Shown piece after piece: positions 28,326 to 46,391 of a DNA stretch of 64,000 nt. The first letter of the stretch is position 1. Each line of letters starts with the position of its first letter. The position numbers were made by a program, and so were the translations under genes. The stretch lies in NCBI RefSeq assembly GCF_009914755.1, contig NC_060927.1, one strand, 5' to 3'. The DNA comes from the human T2T-CHM13v2.0 reference genome, Homo sapiens. The notes beneath the pieces were generated by a model. The model was given only the letters and a program-made list of their open reading frames with translations. It was not told where the DNA came from and did no database searches.

Positions 28326-30069
28326 ATTTATGTATTCATCATTAATATTTATTAGTGCTCTCTTTAGGACTTACCAAAATCTATAATATTCTAATTTATT
28401 TGTTTTATCCCCAAGAGAACAAAAAATCTTCATTCTTGTATGCCAAGTGGGGCTAATATTTGTAGAGTAAGTTTTACTACCATTGTTATTCTGTTAGTCT
28501 ATTATTATGTCTTATATGATGACTGTTCTAGGCCATGAGGCCAATGTTACTCATTTATGTATGCTGAGCACCTAGCACGGTGTTTGGAAGTGTTTAGAAA
28601 CTCAACGTCCATTACTGAGTGAATGAATAAAGAAACTGAAGATGCATTGTCCCAAGTGTCCTTTTAAATAGAAACTTCCTTGGTGACAGAGACAGTGGCT
28701 ATCTTTGTATCCATGGAACCTAATAGGTGTCCAGTAAACATTTGCTGAATTTATTCTGTTAAAATTGAGAGAAGGGATTTGTGACTTAATTACAGAATAG
28801 CAGTGAGCTGAGTTCATTTCTGCTAGCCCTTCTATTTTCTGTCTGCCTTCGTTTATTTCTAGTCCCTATTGTGGAACCTGGCATGAGAATCTATCAACAG
28901 GAAGACAAAAGGGATTAACTCAGTAAGAACTGAATTGAGTTCTCAGTAAGACTCAACAACATCCCTTTCTAATTCCTACTCAGCCCCCACAATTGTATCT
29001 TGGCAGGTGAGAGAAAGAAATCATATTGTGTTCTTGCTTCCTTGCCCATTCTAAATGTGTTTATGACATGGAAAATCCCAGCATGAAAGGGAGACTGGAA
29101 GGGGAAAATAACTCACATAAGGGTAATAAACAGTCTTAGAGGGTGTCAGGGAAGGTGAGATTTGCTTTAATTGGGAGTGGTGGTACTCTAAAGGGTTGAT
29201 TGTATAGACATGAGTCTTGGGCCTTTTTAAACCCAAGACAGTTTAGCTGACTTCTTACCTCCAAAAAACCTGCTTTTTGATTCACTATGCTGGATGAAAA
29301 GGAAGGGAGAAGGTTGACATTGAAGGGAGTTGACTGCTCCTCTCACTGTCTAGGACTATTTCTCTAATTGCTTTATCCATGAAATGGCTCTGCCTTCACC
29401 TTCAATGATTAGGACCCATACAATGCTCTCCTGCCAAGATAACACCAGAGGAGCAGCCAACTACGTCCACCAGAGTGGGGAGCCGTCAATGTGAAAACAA
29501 TCCGCCTGGATTTCTCAACTGGTATTTAACTTGCAATCACTGATTAACTCTCACCAACACTCTCATCCCATTGGCCAGGCAACTTTGTGCAGAGTGCCCT
29601 GAACAACACAAGGACTTGGGTTGTAATCCAAATTCTACTAGGTCCTAGGATCACTACTATGGCCTCTTACTAGCTGTGTGACTCTATAAAAGTCACTAAA
29701 CCTCTCTGTGTCTTACCTATATGTATAATGTCATATTTGCCTGAAGGTGCTGGGTTTGTCTTTTGATGTCTTTTGTGACTCTCAAATTGTCTTGCCATGA
29801 AACTGCTTTAGATATTCCCAGCCTAGACTAGTTGTGGGGGTTAAGTGGGAACATATTGGTGATATTCTCACTGTTGACCCCCTTTCCTTTCAAATTCCTC
29901 CAAAGACCTTGGTTATAGATAGACTTTGTTCATAGATGTAAACAAACATCTTGTCAGAGCCACATGCGGGTTGTTAAAAACTGGAAAATATAGAAAGGCC
30001 TCTGGAGAAATCATTTCACCAGTGCCCTCTTAGGTGGATAACAGGGGACCTTAGAGATGTTTGAATGGC

Positions 30070-30525
30070 ATGTACAGGGACATTCATAACCACATAATCT
30101 CACAGCCAGCGACTGAAAACAACCTCAGTGTCCATCAGCAAAAGAGTGGACAATAAAATTGTGATATATTAATACGGCAGAATACTACTTGCCAAAGAAA
30201 ACAAACTACTGATACATGCAACAATGTGGATCAATCTCACAGATATTAGGCTGTATGAAAGAAACCAGATGCAAAATGGTGCCTGTCTGATACCATTTAT
30301 ATGAATTTAAAGAACAGGCAAAACTAAGTGATAGCAATGGAAGTCGGAAGGTGGGTTACCTAGGTATAGAAAGTCGTGGATATTGACTGGAAAGAGTTTG
30401 GGACTACTGACACACTCTGTATCTTCATCTGGGTGATGGGTACTTGAGAGTTTACATTTATAAAAAAACTACCTATATACTTACGATTAGTGCACTTTAT
30501 GTATGCTGTATCCCGATAAAAGTGT
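30070..30525 (+). mobile_element. L1ME 3'UTR fragment
   Basis: cagtgtccatcagcaaaagagtggac...gatacatgcaacaatgtggatcaatctcac...agaacaggcaaaactaa. Confidence 0.75.
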
Positions 30526-30572
30526 GTTTATGTATTTATATACACTCATGTAATTATTCAGTGATTAGGAAT

Positions 30573-30607
30573 ATAGATAAATAGATGATAGATAGATAGA
30601 TAGATAG
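30573..30607 (+). repeat. (GATA)n microsatellite
   Basis: tagataaatagatgatagatagatagatagatag. Confidence 0.85.
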
Positions 30608-32076
30608 TTTTGGGTTTTGTTTTCTCCCTTGAAGGAAATTATAAAGGGAAACAAAAGGTCTTTTCAGTGAACAAATCCCACAGTGGTGTTACCATCAATA
30701 AAAAAATGGCCTTTGGATTTAGATGCCTAGAGGCTAGATTATACCGATGGTTATTAGGAAATTGCTTCTAAGGAAGGCCAACCTCTACTAAATTAATAAT
30801 CAGTCTTTGGTTACCCTGAAGGTAGAATATAAGTCTAATGAAATTTATTTTGACACAATCAAATTGTATTGACTTCCCAGTAATGGCCTCTGTGCCTCAT
30901 TAGTTAGCACAGGAAAGATTATAGTAAAGAATCAATCACTAAACTCATTCAGAACCATCTCTTAAAATGTAGAATCCTCTGCTAAAAACACAATAAGCTT
31001 GTTAATTAAAACGCAGTTGATGCTTCTCTGTTCTTCACAAAAATATGATTTGATTTATCTGTTCACTCATATGTTAAGGTCAAAGATAAAGAAAAATATT
31101 ATCATCAGCAATATTTTTAAAAAATCTTTTAAAATGTATGTAGACCTATAACTTTTTTCCTTTTTTGAATGTGAGTGATAACAAAAAACAAAGGATAACA
31201 AAGATTTATAACTTATTAATTTGAAAATATACAGATGTGAGCAGCATTGCTGCTGGTTTATTTACATAGTACCCAAATAATTGTGTTGACATGGAAATAT
31301 TAACGTGTCTAAATTCTCAACTCTATACTTATAATTTTCTAACAAATTATTAAATTTCAGAATTTATTATACATTATGTTCATTCAGGTGAGAAAAAGAA
31401 AAAAGAAAAAAGGAACTGACAGGAATTCACTTAATAAGGACCAAGCAAAATAAGGCATGTGTTATTGATGAAGAATTTTTATCTTCAATGTAAATTCTCA
31501 TTTTAGATTATATTAGAGAACTTGGAGGAAGAAGACAGATGCATGGCAATGTCAGGATTTGCTAAAACGTATGGAGTGCAACCTGGAAACCCACAACTTT
31601 TATTCGAGTGGCCAGGAAACATGTTTCTTTCAATCCACCTGATTCTAATAAGATGCTAAAACAAAGGTCATCACGTAGCAAATGGTTTTTCAACAGCATC
31701 TCCCAGGACTCTGGGGTTATTTGGAGGGCAAGCTTTCTCAATTCCCTCCACTTTCAAAAGAAGTACAGAGAAAGAAAAAAATGAGAATGCTTTTTTTCTC
31801 AGGAAAAAATATGTTGTAGAAATGCTAAGACAACAACAATGTATTCTTTCCAATAAAGACACCTCAGGTTAGTTTCAACACGTTGCATGTCCACAAAGAA
31901 AGGAACCACAATTGCAATAAGGATCTGGTACAAGGAAATAATAAAACCATTTTAAAGGTAATTCTTCATTATGTTTCGGTAGGAGGGAAAAAACTTTCCA
32001 AGTGGATAAAATACCACTCTTGTGTTTACAAATGCAAACGCTGAAGCCAGGTGGGTAAAGTTACCTGTCTGAGGTC

Positions 32077-32263
32077 ATTGTTTCTCAAACCATCTTTCCC
32101 AGACCAGTGACATCAGCATTACCTGGGAACCTGTTAGGAGTGCAAATTGCCAGTCCCCACTCCAGACATATGAAATCAGAAGCTCTGGGGACAGGACCCA
32201 GCAATCTGTGATTTAACAAGCCCTCCAGGTGATTCTGATCCTGCTAACATTTGAGAACCACTC
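32077..32263 (+). mobile_element. MER5A (hAT-Charlie), nested in a MIR
   Basis: tttctcaaac...catcagcattacctgggaacctgttag...ttaacaagccctccaggtgattctgat...ttgagaaccact. Confidence 0.85.
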
Positions 32264-34199
32264 CCCTAAGATGTTAGAGAGGAAACTAAAAGTTTTACAG
32301 CTAGAACCCACTTCTCCTTGCTGGAAGTCCTAGTGACAAAGCTGAGAATAGAGCCTAGTAGGACATTAAAACTTATTCCTTACAACTCTATGGACAATCT
32401 CAGAGAACACACATTATTCATATTACATTAAAGTGGACCTTGCGGTAAGATAAACTCTCCATACTCATAACAATAGTATTGTGGGAAAAAAGCAAAATGA
32501 GTCAACTTAGCCAAATCTTTTTAGAAGTGGGAAATGTACCTTAATTTTAGAGGTTTCTCGTTGGGGTCCTCAATATTTATGATATTTCTTACACAACATA
32601 TATTGGCTTCTCTGAAAATCTAAAATGTTTATTCCCAGCATAATTCATCATGCTTCATCAATTTTGCTTTACAAAAGTGTATTCTTTGGAAGGCTTCAGG
32701 CCAACTGCCTTGTTTTCCTTGGGTCTGTCTTAGAGGTCACAAATGCAGGCAGGCAGGTGCCCTGAATGAGTGGAAGACAAGCAGTAAAATTGTTGATAAC
32801 CAAAAACCACAGACCCTATCTGAATGAAGAAGGTCCTCACCTCTGGCCAGTTTTTGCTGTATCAGAATATAAATCCAGCAATTGCCACATCTTCCAGTTT
32901 TTTATAGAAACCAGAAATCTGATTTTTTTTGAAAACCCTTGGTTTTTAAATGTTAGCAACAAATGTGTGTTTTCAAATACCATGCAAACTATATAAGATA
33001 TGCGTGTGGCTCATCAGTTCTTGACCTCTGTTACATACTAATACATAACATATTGTGAATAATTGATGACCAGATTTGTCCAGGGGAGAACTGTCTACCT
33101 GGGATTAAGGCAGGTACCTGTTAACTTTAAGAGCATAACCTCGGTTTACAAGAGTTTCCACCAGAAATGTGTGGCCCTGGAGAACATAGAGATGTTATGG
33201 TGTGAGTATACATATGGGTTTCAGGATCAGTCAAACATTATCTTACACTGCTGTGACCTTTACTCCAGCTAGCCAATACTACCTTTTCAATATTTTCCAA
33301 ACTTTGCACGTCAGCCTGATATTACTTTTTTCTGACACTATTTCTAATGTTACTGTCACAAAACTTTTAAGGGTGTTGAAGCCAACAGGCAGGGTAGAGG
33401 TGCTCTGCACTAGGTGCTTCACTTCCAGGTAGGGAGATGGGTGAGGGGAGATCCAATGACTTGAGGGGGGTCAACAATCAGTAATGGGACAATAGTAGAT
33501 GTGGAAATAGGGACCCCCCTGAGTGTAATTCCTGTTTCTTTACAGCTGACCATGTAACACAATTTGCCTTGAAGGGACAATGGAACATCCAGAGATACAA
33601 GAAGTCTAGAACCCTGATTCTGAACACCTCTAGGGCATTTATTGTCAATTTCTTATGCACAAAGTAAAGAGAAACAACAACAACAAATCAATCCAAGAAT
33701 CCTCTTTCTACTGGAGTGAGAGCCCAATTAAAAGATGATGCTAACTTTCCAAAAACGAAATGCATTATTTAAATTACCATCAATTACCAACCTGTTTATT
33801 GTCTTCTATGCCATATTGTTATTCCAAAAAAAAAAAAACAAAATTAAATGCCATATATTGGTAGATGCTGAAATCTAGTATCATCACATTGTAATTCTTG
33901 TTACATGAGAAAATATTTTGGTTTATGTTCATTTCCTGATTGGCTAATTTATGTACTTAAAATAGTTGGTCTTACAAACTGCATTTTTCTAATAGTTATT
34001 TTATTATTTTTGTTTTTACAACTAACCTTTGAATCATGAAATCTTGTTTATCAAAGTAAGTAATAATCCACTCCAATGTTTTCCAAACTTTTAGCTGGGA
34101 AACCCATTCTTCAAGTGAAAGGTCATGAGGTTACCCAATATATAAACAGAACTGAAGCAGCTATGAGATTTCCAGCAATGTTTTCCCCTAATATTTTTT

Positions 34200-34645
34200 C
34201 TTTGACGGTTTTTGCTGCATAAAACTCCACAAGTTCACTAGCTCACATCAAAAAGCATTTGTTCTCATGAGAGTTGGCTGATGTAGACTGGTCTTATCTG
34301 GGTAGCTCTCCATTAGGCTGTCATCTGAATTGGAATAAGCTTTGCTCCTTCACATGTCTCATGTAGGTCCAAGATTAAAGGGACAGGCAATACCAAGGAG
34401 AGGCTGTTCTTGTGACAGATTATAAAGTGTGAGAGGGCAAGTTCTACAATCATACATATTTTAAGGCTTTGATCACATCATGCCTGCTAATATCTCCTTG
34501 GCTGAGACAATTTATATGGCCAACCCCAGAGTCAAGGAGAAGGGAAGAGCACCCTGCTCACCATGAGACCACTGCAGAGGACCTGTATATATAAGTCTGT
34601 TCCAGGAGAATGAAAAATTTGAACCATTAATTCAATCATCCACAT
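34200..34645. mobile_element. Old MLT1 LTR
   Basis: tttgctgcataaaactccacaag...cctgctaatatctccttggctgagacaatttatatggccaacccca. Confidence 0.6.
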
Positions 34646-36429
34646 TATCCTACCCTGTGGTGATCTCAGAGCCAACTTTGTGTAACTCATAAAACAATAA
34701 CAAGTAGTTACCATGCATTGAATCTAACCACCTCATTTTACAAATGTATAAAACTGAGGTTTAGAGAGACTAACGACTTTTCCATGTCTACACAGCTAGA
34801 GACAGGTCTAGAACCCTGATGGACTACTCAAAGTTGAGAACTTTCTCCAGCACAATATAATAGATCAGATCTACCTTCAAAAAATGTCCCAAGTCCCTTG
34901 AATTAAATAGAAATGTTGTAAATGTAATTTTGAATATACAAAGATGCCTTTATTTTGCTGTTGGATTTATAAGCCTGTTTAATACAGAAACAGGAAGATG
35001 GCTTAGGTACAGTGCAGATAATAGAGCCTTATTCTTCCAAGATCTGGCATTTACTGGCATTGTGGACTTGCACACAGTATTTGCTTCTTTAAGCATCTTT
35101 TCTTGCATTTATCAGATAGGATAGTAATGATTCCCTCGATGAATTTTTGTGAGATAAAGCATGTGACACTGAGTAATTATTAGTTCCTTTTCATTGGTTT
35201 ATCATTCAGTAGCTGAGAGCTGTGCTTTCCTTTTCTTGTGTACTGTTAGGAAACGAATATCCTGTTTTTCAGGAGCATATCTTCCTTACTGAAGACATAC
35301 ATATTATAGAAAATGGACTAACTAATTCTCTACATAGCAAAGGACGAAGAGGTCAGTCTTCTTTGGCCAATTCTCATATAATTTCTAATACGGAATTTCT
35401 TACGACACTAAGAAAACTTGAAATAACTGCTTTGAAGTCAAATTCCAGATTCAGTATGTTTGGTAATTACTAATTACTATAAAAATGGACAGCAGAATTC
35501 AAAAGGTTTGAATAATTTATCTTGCAGTGGAATTTTTAAAGGCCATTTGGTCAGCAGGGTGCTTATTTGACATGTGGCTGGTGTGCTTTCTCCATTTTTT
35601 ATTGATGGTCAGGTGGTATAAGCAGAACCTCTGTGACATATTTGTCTTACTCGGATGTTTTCTCACCTTGCACTGCTCTTTCAGCTTCAAGCTAGTATTT
35701 ATCCTGCCATGAAAACTTGTCTATCTATTTATTAGTCTGTTATAATGCCTATAAACATTAGATTGCTTTTGAGGAACAAATGCCTAATTTGTAAAAAGAA
35801 AATCTATTTTAAAAAATTTTCCCACAGTTTCTTTCTGCAAGAATTTTGATAAACATAATTATATTCATAGAATGTATTAATGCCAACTAGGTGTATTGAC
35901 TTAAATTATCTGGTAATTGAAATAGTTTGTGAAAATCACTTTGTTAATTGAAATAGAAGTCCTGATGAAAATTCCTCTGAATACCTTTCCTCAAAATAAA
36001 AATATATGTTTCAATATTTTGCAAACAGTCATGTACTCCGGCTGTTTTTAGCATCTGCTACCCTGAATTATGTGGTTCAAATATAGGTTTTCTTCTACCT
36101 GGGAATTTTGGGAGATTCTTTTGTATTCCTTCAGCTCAGTAATAAAACTTTGCAGAATGTTGGGTAGAATGTTATTCAGTGAGTGGTTGAATTGAGTACA
36201 AATAATATTTAGAACTATACAGACACTATCCCTGATGGTTTTTGTATTACTGGAAGTAAACTACTATTACAAATTAGAGAAAATGGGAAGGTTTGAATCA
36301 GTTTGAATATTAGCACTTTCACATTCACAGTCTACTTCTCCATTCATTTATTTGCTACCTTTCACTGGGCTCATAGGACCCATTTCCCAGTAAGAATACT
36401 TCCCCTGGTGTTCTACAATTATGTGTAAC

Positions 36430-37245
<816 letters not shown>

Positions 37246-37549
37246 AATATCTTTTTTTTTTTTTTTTTTTTTTTTTTTGGCTCAGAGAGTTGTTTTTTAA
37301 CTGATGTCTTTTATTTATTATTATTTTTTCTTTTTTTTATTATTATTATACTTTAAGTTTTAGGGTACATGTGCACATTGTGCAGGTTAGTTACATATGT
37401 ATACATGTGCCATGCTGGTGCGCTGTACCCACTAACGTGTCATCTAGCATTAGGTATATCTCCCAATGCTATCCCTCCCCCATCCCCCCACTCCACAACA
37501 GTCCCCAGAGTGTGATATTCCCCTTCCTGTGTCCATGTGATCTCATTGT

Positions 37550-41404
<3,855 letters not shown>

Positions 41405-41440
41405 TTAGTTCATGCAGTTTCTTCCTAGTCTCGATGGTCT

Positions 41441-42457
41441 TTACATTTTGGCATGATTTTGCAGCGGCTGGTACCGGTTGTTCCTTTCCATGTTTAGCGC
41501 TTCCTTCAGGAGCTCTTTTAGGGCAGGCCTGGTGGTGACAAAATCTCTCAGCATTTGCTTGTCTATAAAGTATTTTATTTCTCCTTCACTTATGAAGCTT
41601 AGTTTGGCTGGATATGAAATTCTGGGTTGAAAATTCTTTTCTTTAAGAATGTTGAATATTGGCCCCCACTCTCTTCTGGCTTGTAGGGTTTCTGCTGAGA
41701 GATCCGCTGTTAGTCTGATGGGCTTTCCTTTGAGGGTAACCCGACTTTTCTCTCTGGCTGCCCTTAACATTTTTTCCTTCATTTCAACTTTGGTGAATCT
41801 GACAATTATGTGTCTTGGAGTTGCTCTTCTCGAGGAGTATCTTTGTGGCGTTCTCTGTATTTCCTGAATCTGAACGTTGGCCTGCCTTGCTAGATTGGGG
41901 AAGTTCTCCTGGATAATATCCTGCAGAGTGTTTTCCAACTTGGTTCCATTCTCCACATCACTTTCAGGTACACCAATCAGACGTAGATTTGGTCTTTTCA
42001 CATAGTCCCATATTTCTTGGAGGCTTTGCTCATTTCTTTTTATTCTTTTTTCTCTAAACTTCCCTTCTCGCTTCATTTCATTCATTTCATCTTCCATCAC
42101 TGATACCCTTTCTTCCAGTTGATCGCATCGGCTCCTGAGGCTTCTGCATTCTTCACGTAGTTCTCGAGCCTTGGTTTTCAGCTCCATCAGCTCCTTTAAG
42201 CACTTCTCTGTATTGGTTATTCTAGTTATACATTCTTCTAAATTTTTTTCAAAGTTTTCAACTTCTTTGCCTTTGGTTTGAATGTCCTCCCATAGCTCAG
42301 AGTAATTTGATTCTCTGAAGCCTTCTTCTCTCAGCTCGTCAAAATCATTCTCCATCCAGCTTTGTTCCGTTGCTGGTGAGGAACTGCGTTCCTTTGGAGG
42401 AGGAGAGGCGCTCTGCGTTTTAGAGTTTCCAGTTTTTCTATTCTGTTTTTTCCCCAT
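41441..42457 (-). CDS. L1 ORF1p (338 aa), open; REKG motif changed to REKS
   Basis: MGKKQNRKTGNSK...PLQNHAKM from the ORF track. Confidence 0.93.
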   Translation of the reverse strand: MGKKQNRKTGNSKTQSASPPPKERSSSPATEQSWMENDFDELREEGFRESNYSELWEDIQTKGKEVENFEKNLEECITRITNTEKCLKELMELKTKARELREECRSLRSRCDQLEERVSVMEDEMNEMKREGKFREKRIKRNEQSLQEIWDYVKRPNLRLIGVPESDVENGTKLENTLQDIIQENFPNLARQANVQIQEIQRTPQRYSSRRATPRHIIVRFTKVEMKEKMLRAAREKSRVTLKGKPIRLTADLSAETLQARREWGPIFNILKEKNFQPRISYPAKLSFISEGEIKYFIDKQMLRDFVTTRPALKELLKEALNMERNNRYQPLQNHAKM

Positions 42458-42912
42458 CTTTGTGGTTTTATCTACTTTTGGTCTTTGATGATGGTGATGT
42501 ACAGATGGGTTTTCGATGTAGATGTCCTTTCTGGTTGTTAGTTTTCCTTCTAACAGACAGGACCCTCAGCTGCAGGTCTGTTGGAATACCCTGCTGTGTG
42601 AGGTGTCAGTGTGCCCCTGCTGGGGGGTGCCTCCCAGTTAGGCTGCTCGGGGGTCAGGGGTCCGGGACCCACTTGAGGAGGCAGTCTGCCTGTTCTCAGA
42701 TCTCCAGCTGCGTGCTGGGAGAACCACTGCTCTCTTCAAAGCTGTCAGACAGGGACACTTAAGTCTGCAGAGGTTACTGCTGTCTTTTTGTTTTTCTGTG
42801 CCCTGCCCCTAGAGGTGGAGCCTACAGAGGCAGGCAGGCCTCCTTGAGCTGTGGTGGGCTCCACCCAGTTCGAGCTTCCCGGCTGCTTTGTTTACCTAAG
42901 CAAGCCTGGGCA

Positions 42913-43107
42913 ATGGCGGGCGCCCCTCCCCCAGCCTCGTTGCCGCCTTGCAGTTTAATCTCAGACTGCTGTGCTAGCAATCAGCGAGATTCCGTGGGCG
43001 TAGGACCCTCTCAGCCAGGTGTGGGATATAGTCTCGTGGTGCGCCGTTTTTTAAGCCGGTCTGAAAAGCGCAATATTCGGGTGGGAGTGACCCGATTTTC
43101 CAGGTGA
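42913..43107 (+). CDS. L1 antisense ORF0, truncated (64 aa)
   Basis: MAGAPPPASLPPCSL...GVTRFSR*; TGC>TGA at 43105-43107. Confidence 0.7.
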   Translation: MAGAPPPASLPPCSLISDCCASNQRDSVGVGPSQPGVGYSLVVRRFLSRSEKRNIRVGVTRFSR

Positions 43108-43376
43108 GTCCGTCACCCCTTTCTTTGACTCGGAAAGGGAACTCCCTGACCCCTTGCGCTTCCCAGGTGAGGCAATGCCTCGCCCTGCTTCGGCTCGCGC
43201 ACAGTGCGCGCACACACTGGCCTGCGCCCACTGTCTGGCACTCCCTAGTGAGATGAACCCGGTACCTCAGATGGAAATGCAGAAATCACCCGTCTTCTGC
43301 GTCGCTCACGCTGGGAGCTGTAGACCGGAGCTGTTCCTATTCGGCCATCTTGGCTCCTCCCCCACTGATGTCTTTT

Positions 43377-45430
43377 AATGAAGATAATTTATTTGTTTTA
43401 ATATTTTATTTGTAATTATTTCAGTGTGGTTGTGGATTTTTGTATCAGTTTAAGAAATCATTGCTTCCCCCATCATCATAACATTAGCATCAAAATGTTT
43501 ATTTTTTTCCCTGTGGGAGCTTTGTCTTTTGACTTTTAACATTTAGGTATCCAATTTTTCTGGAATTGATTTTTGCATAGAGTATGAAGTTTGATTCAAA
43601 TTTTACTTTTTTGGACTGAATTTCAGTTGACTCAACAACTGTCCGATTTTTCTACTTGTGATTCTTGTATCTTATATGACACTTTCTCAATTACTTTAAA
43701 ATAAACCTTAATAACTAATTGTACGGGCCCTCTAGCTTTCTAATTTTCCTTCTTTAAGATTGTCTTGGTTATTTTTTGTCATTTGTATTTTTATATATAA
43801 ATTTAGAATCAATTTCCAAAAACTAAAACCAAAACAAAGAGAAAAACAAATTCCTACCAAGATTTTGATTGTAATTGTCCCAGGTTTATGAAATCAATCT
43901 GGAGAGACTTGATGTCTTTAAAATCCTAGTCTTTCAATCTATGTAGCAGGTATATTTTTCTATTTATTTCAGATTTCTTACATTTTTCCCCATATTGTCT
44001 TGTAATTCTTGATGTAGAGCTCTTCCACATCATTTGTTAGGTTTATTCCTACGTATTTAATGGTTTTGGGTTATTTCAAATTGTATAGTTTTTAATATTT
44101 TTATTTCTATTTATTTTGCCAGAATATAAATACAAATAATTTTGCATATTGATATTCTGTCTGGCCCCATTGCTAAATTGACTAGTTAATTCAAACAGTT
44201 GTAGACTCTTTTTAGATTTTCTGTGCAACTATTCATTTCAGTCTGTCCTTTCTGGTTGTTAGTTTCTTTTCCTGGGAAAAGAAATTATTATTATACTGGC
44301 TTGGACCTTCCTTTGAATAAAAGTAATAATAACAGACATTTATCTTTTATAATTTCAGGGCAAACACTCAGTGTTTTACTATTAAGCATAATGTTCACTG
44401 TGGAATTTTTACAGATGCTCATTATAAGATTAGGTACTTCTTTTATTGATAACTAATGATACATACATTTTAACCCACGGACCCATTTACCCCAACATTC
44501 TGCAAGGTTTCATTACTGAGCTGAAGGAAGACAAAAGCAATTATAATTGACTATTTTTTGTACAATCTTTTAATTTACTTACATATCTTCTTTTATAATT
44601 GCTTTTTATTCTTTCTTGCATTATTATGCTTCCACTTTAGATCATTTTATTTAGATGTAGTGGACATCTTTAACAACACATTATCTTAGTTTTGCTTATC
44701 TGGACATTTATGTATTTCTTCTTTAAAGGACAATTTCACTTCTTACAGAATTCAGGATTGGCAATAATTTTCCACTAACATTTAAAAATGCTGTTTCACT
44801 ATCTTTTAGTTGCCATTATTTCTGTTGAAAAGTCAGCTATAGTCTCCTTGCCCTCTTGAAGCTAATGTATCTTTTATCTATGGCTGCTTTAAGAAATTTG
44901 TTTCCTTTGTTTTTGGGTGGTGTTACTATGATCTTGTTAGTCTTCTTTGTATCTAACCTTTTTGGAGTTTGAAATGTTTTAAAAATTTGTAGCATAATGT
45001 CTTTCACCAGTATTAGAAAATATTTGGACATTGTCTCTACAAATTTGTACCTGTCCCATTATCTCTCTCCTATTCCCACATGTCTCCGGTTATATATATG
45101 CAGGATCTTCCCATTGTTTGCCATATAGCTCCTATTCTTCTTGCCAATTTTTCATCCATTTTTGCTGTCCATAATTCAGTCTTTGCCTAGAATTAGCAAA
45201 TCCTTGAAGGAAAAAAGCATCTCATAATACGGTGGCTCATCTCTCTGAAGTTTTCTTTCCTTTGGAATATTAACCCCTCAAGTTCTGATTGAATCACAAC
45301 CTCTCTTAATGCCTTCAAACATGTTTTCTTCCCTGATTTTGAATTTTGCTTAACTTCTTTTATTGCTTTCAGTAAACTTTGTGCTGTTGCAGTCTACTTT
45401 ACCATAGCCAGAAGCACAAGTTCCATGTTC
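43377..45430 (-). mobile_element. Old L1ME/HAL1-like fragments
   Basis: Antisense L1M-like sequence. ORF 44837-45031 (QTPKR...IIV...FLKAAIDKRYISFK..RL) resembles L1 ORF1 QRTP...IIV...LKAAREK...IRL. Confidence 0.7.
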
Positions 45431-46000
45431 TTTTTTAACTAAAAAATTCAATTCCGCCCACATTTATTAAGCCATAAACTTCTACAATTCAGTTGTTCTA
45501 AGTACAGGAAGTTTCTCTCACTGAGATTATGCTATTTCTTGTTACATAATATTACACCATTCTCTTAGAAACTTGAGAGAAGTAGTGACAACTCTCTTCT
45601 TTGAACTAGGCTTTATTTTGATATTTTTTAAATGCAAAGAGATGGAAATATAAAGAAACTCAGAGATAGAGGCTAGTTAAATCATCTTTATTGTCACTTC
45701 TTTTTTCTACCCAAGACATACTATATCACTAGGATTTGTGCACACATTGCAGGCAAATTGGGAGTTTGGGAGAGAACAATGAATGGTGCTGACTTAGATG
45801 TGAGGAGGACGTCCTAACATTTGTTACCTCTCTCATGGCAGAAATGACAGGTCTTGCTCACTTATGTGCTGCTTAATTGGAAACACCAAAGGCCAGTTCC
45901 CTTTAAATTATTTCTGAGAAACTTTTTACAGCTAGTATGACACATGTCTGTTAAAGACTTTGTTTTATTAGCCAAACTTTAATAAAAACTACATGTGCTC

Positions 46001-46391
46001 ATTTACATCATGGAATACTATGCAGCCATAAAAAAGGATGAGTTCCTGTCCTTTGCAGGGGCATGAATGAAGCTGGAGGCCATCATTCTCAGCAAACTAA
46101 CACAGGAACAGAAAAACAAACACTGTGTGTTCTCACTCATAAGTGGGAGCTGAACGATGAGAACCCATGGACACAGGGAAGGGAACATCACACGCTAGAG
46201 CCTGTTGAGGGATGTGGGGCAAGGAGAGGGAAAGCATTAGGACAAATACCAAATGCATGTGGGACCTAAAACTTAGATAACAGGTTGATAGGTGCAGCAA
46301 ACCGCCATGGCACATGTATACCTATGTAACAAAGCTGCACATTCTGCACATGTATCCCAGAACTTAAAGTAAAATAAAAAACAAAAGAAAA
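46001..46391 (+). mobile_element. 5'-truncated L1PA (about PA7-10) 3' end
   Basis: catggaatactatgcagccataaaaaagg...agaacttaaagtaaaata plus A-rich tail; 17-bp TSD aaaaactacatgtgctc (45984-46000; 46392-46408). Confidence 0.93.

Noticed and set aside
37252-37312. T27 run 21 bp beyond the left L1's TSD, suggesting a 3' transduction with a second poly(A)
   Set aside because: The inner actgatgtctttt is duplicated at the L1 5' end, so the insertion is fully explained. The T-run falls at a T-rich position of the host L1ME and looks like slippage expansion.
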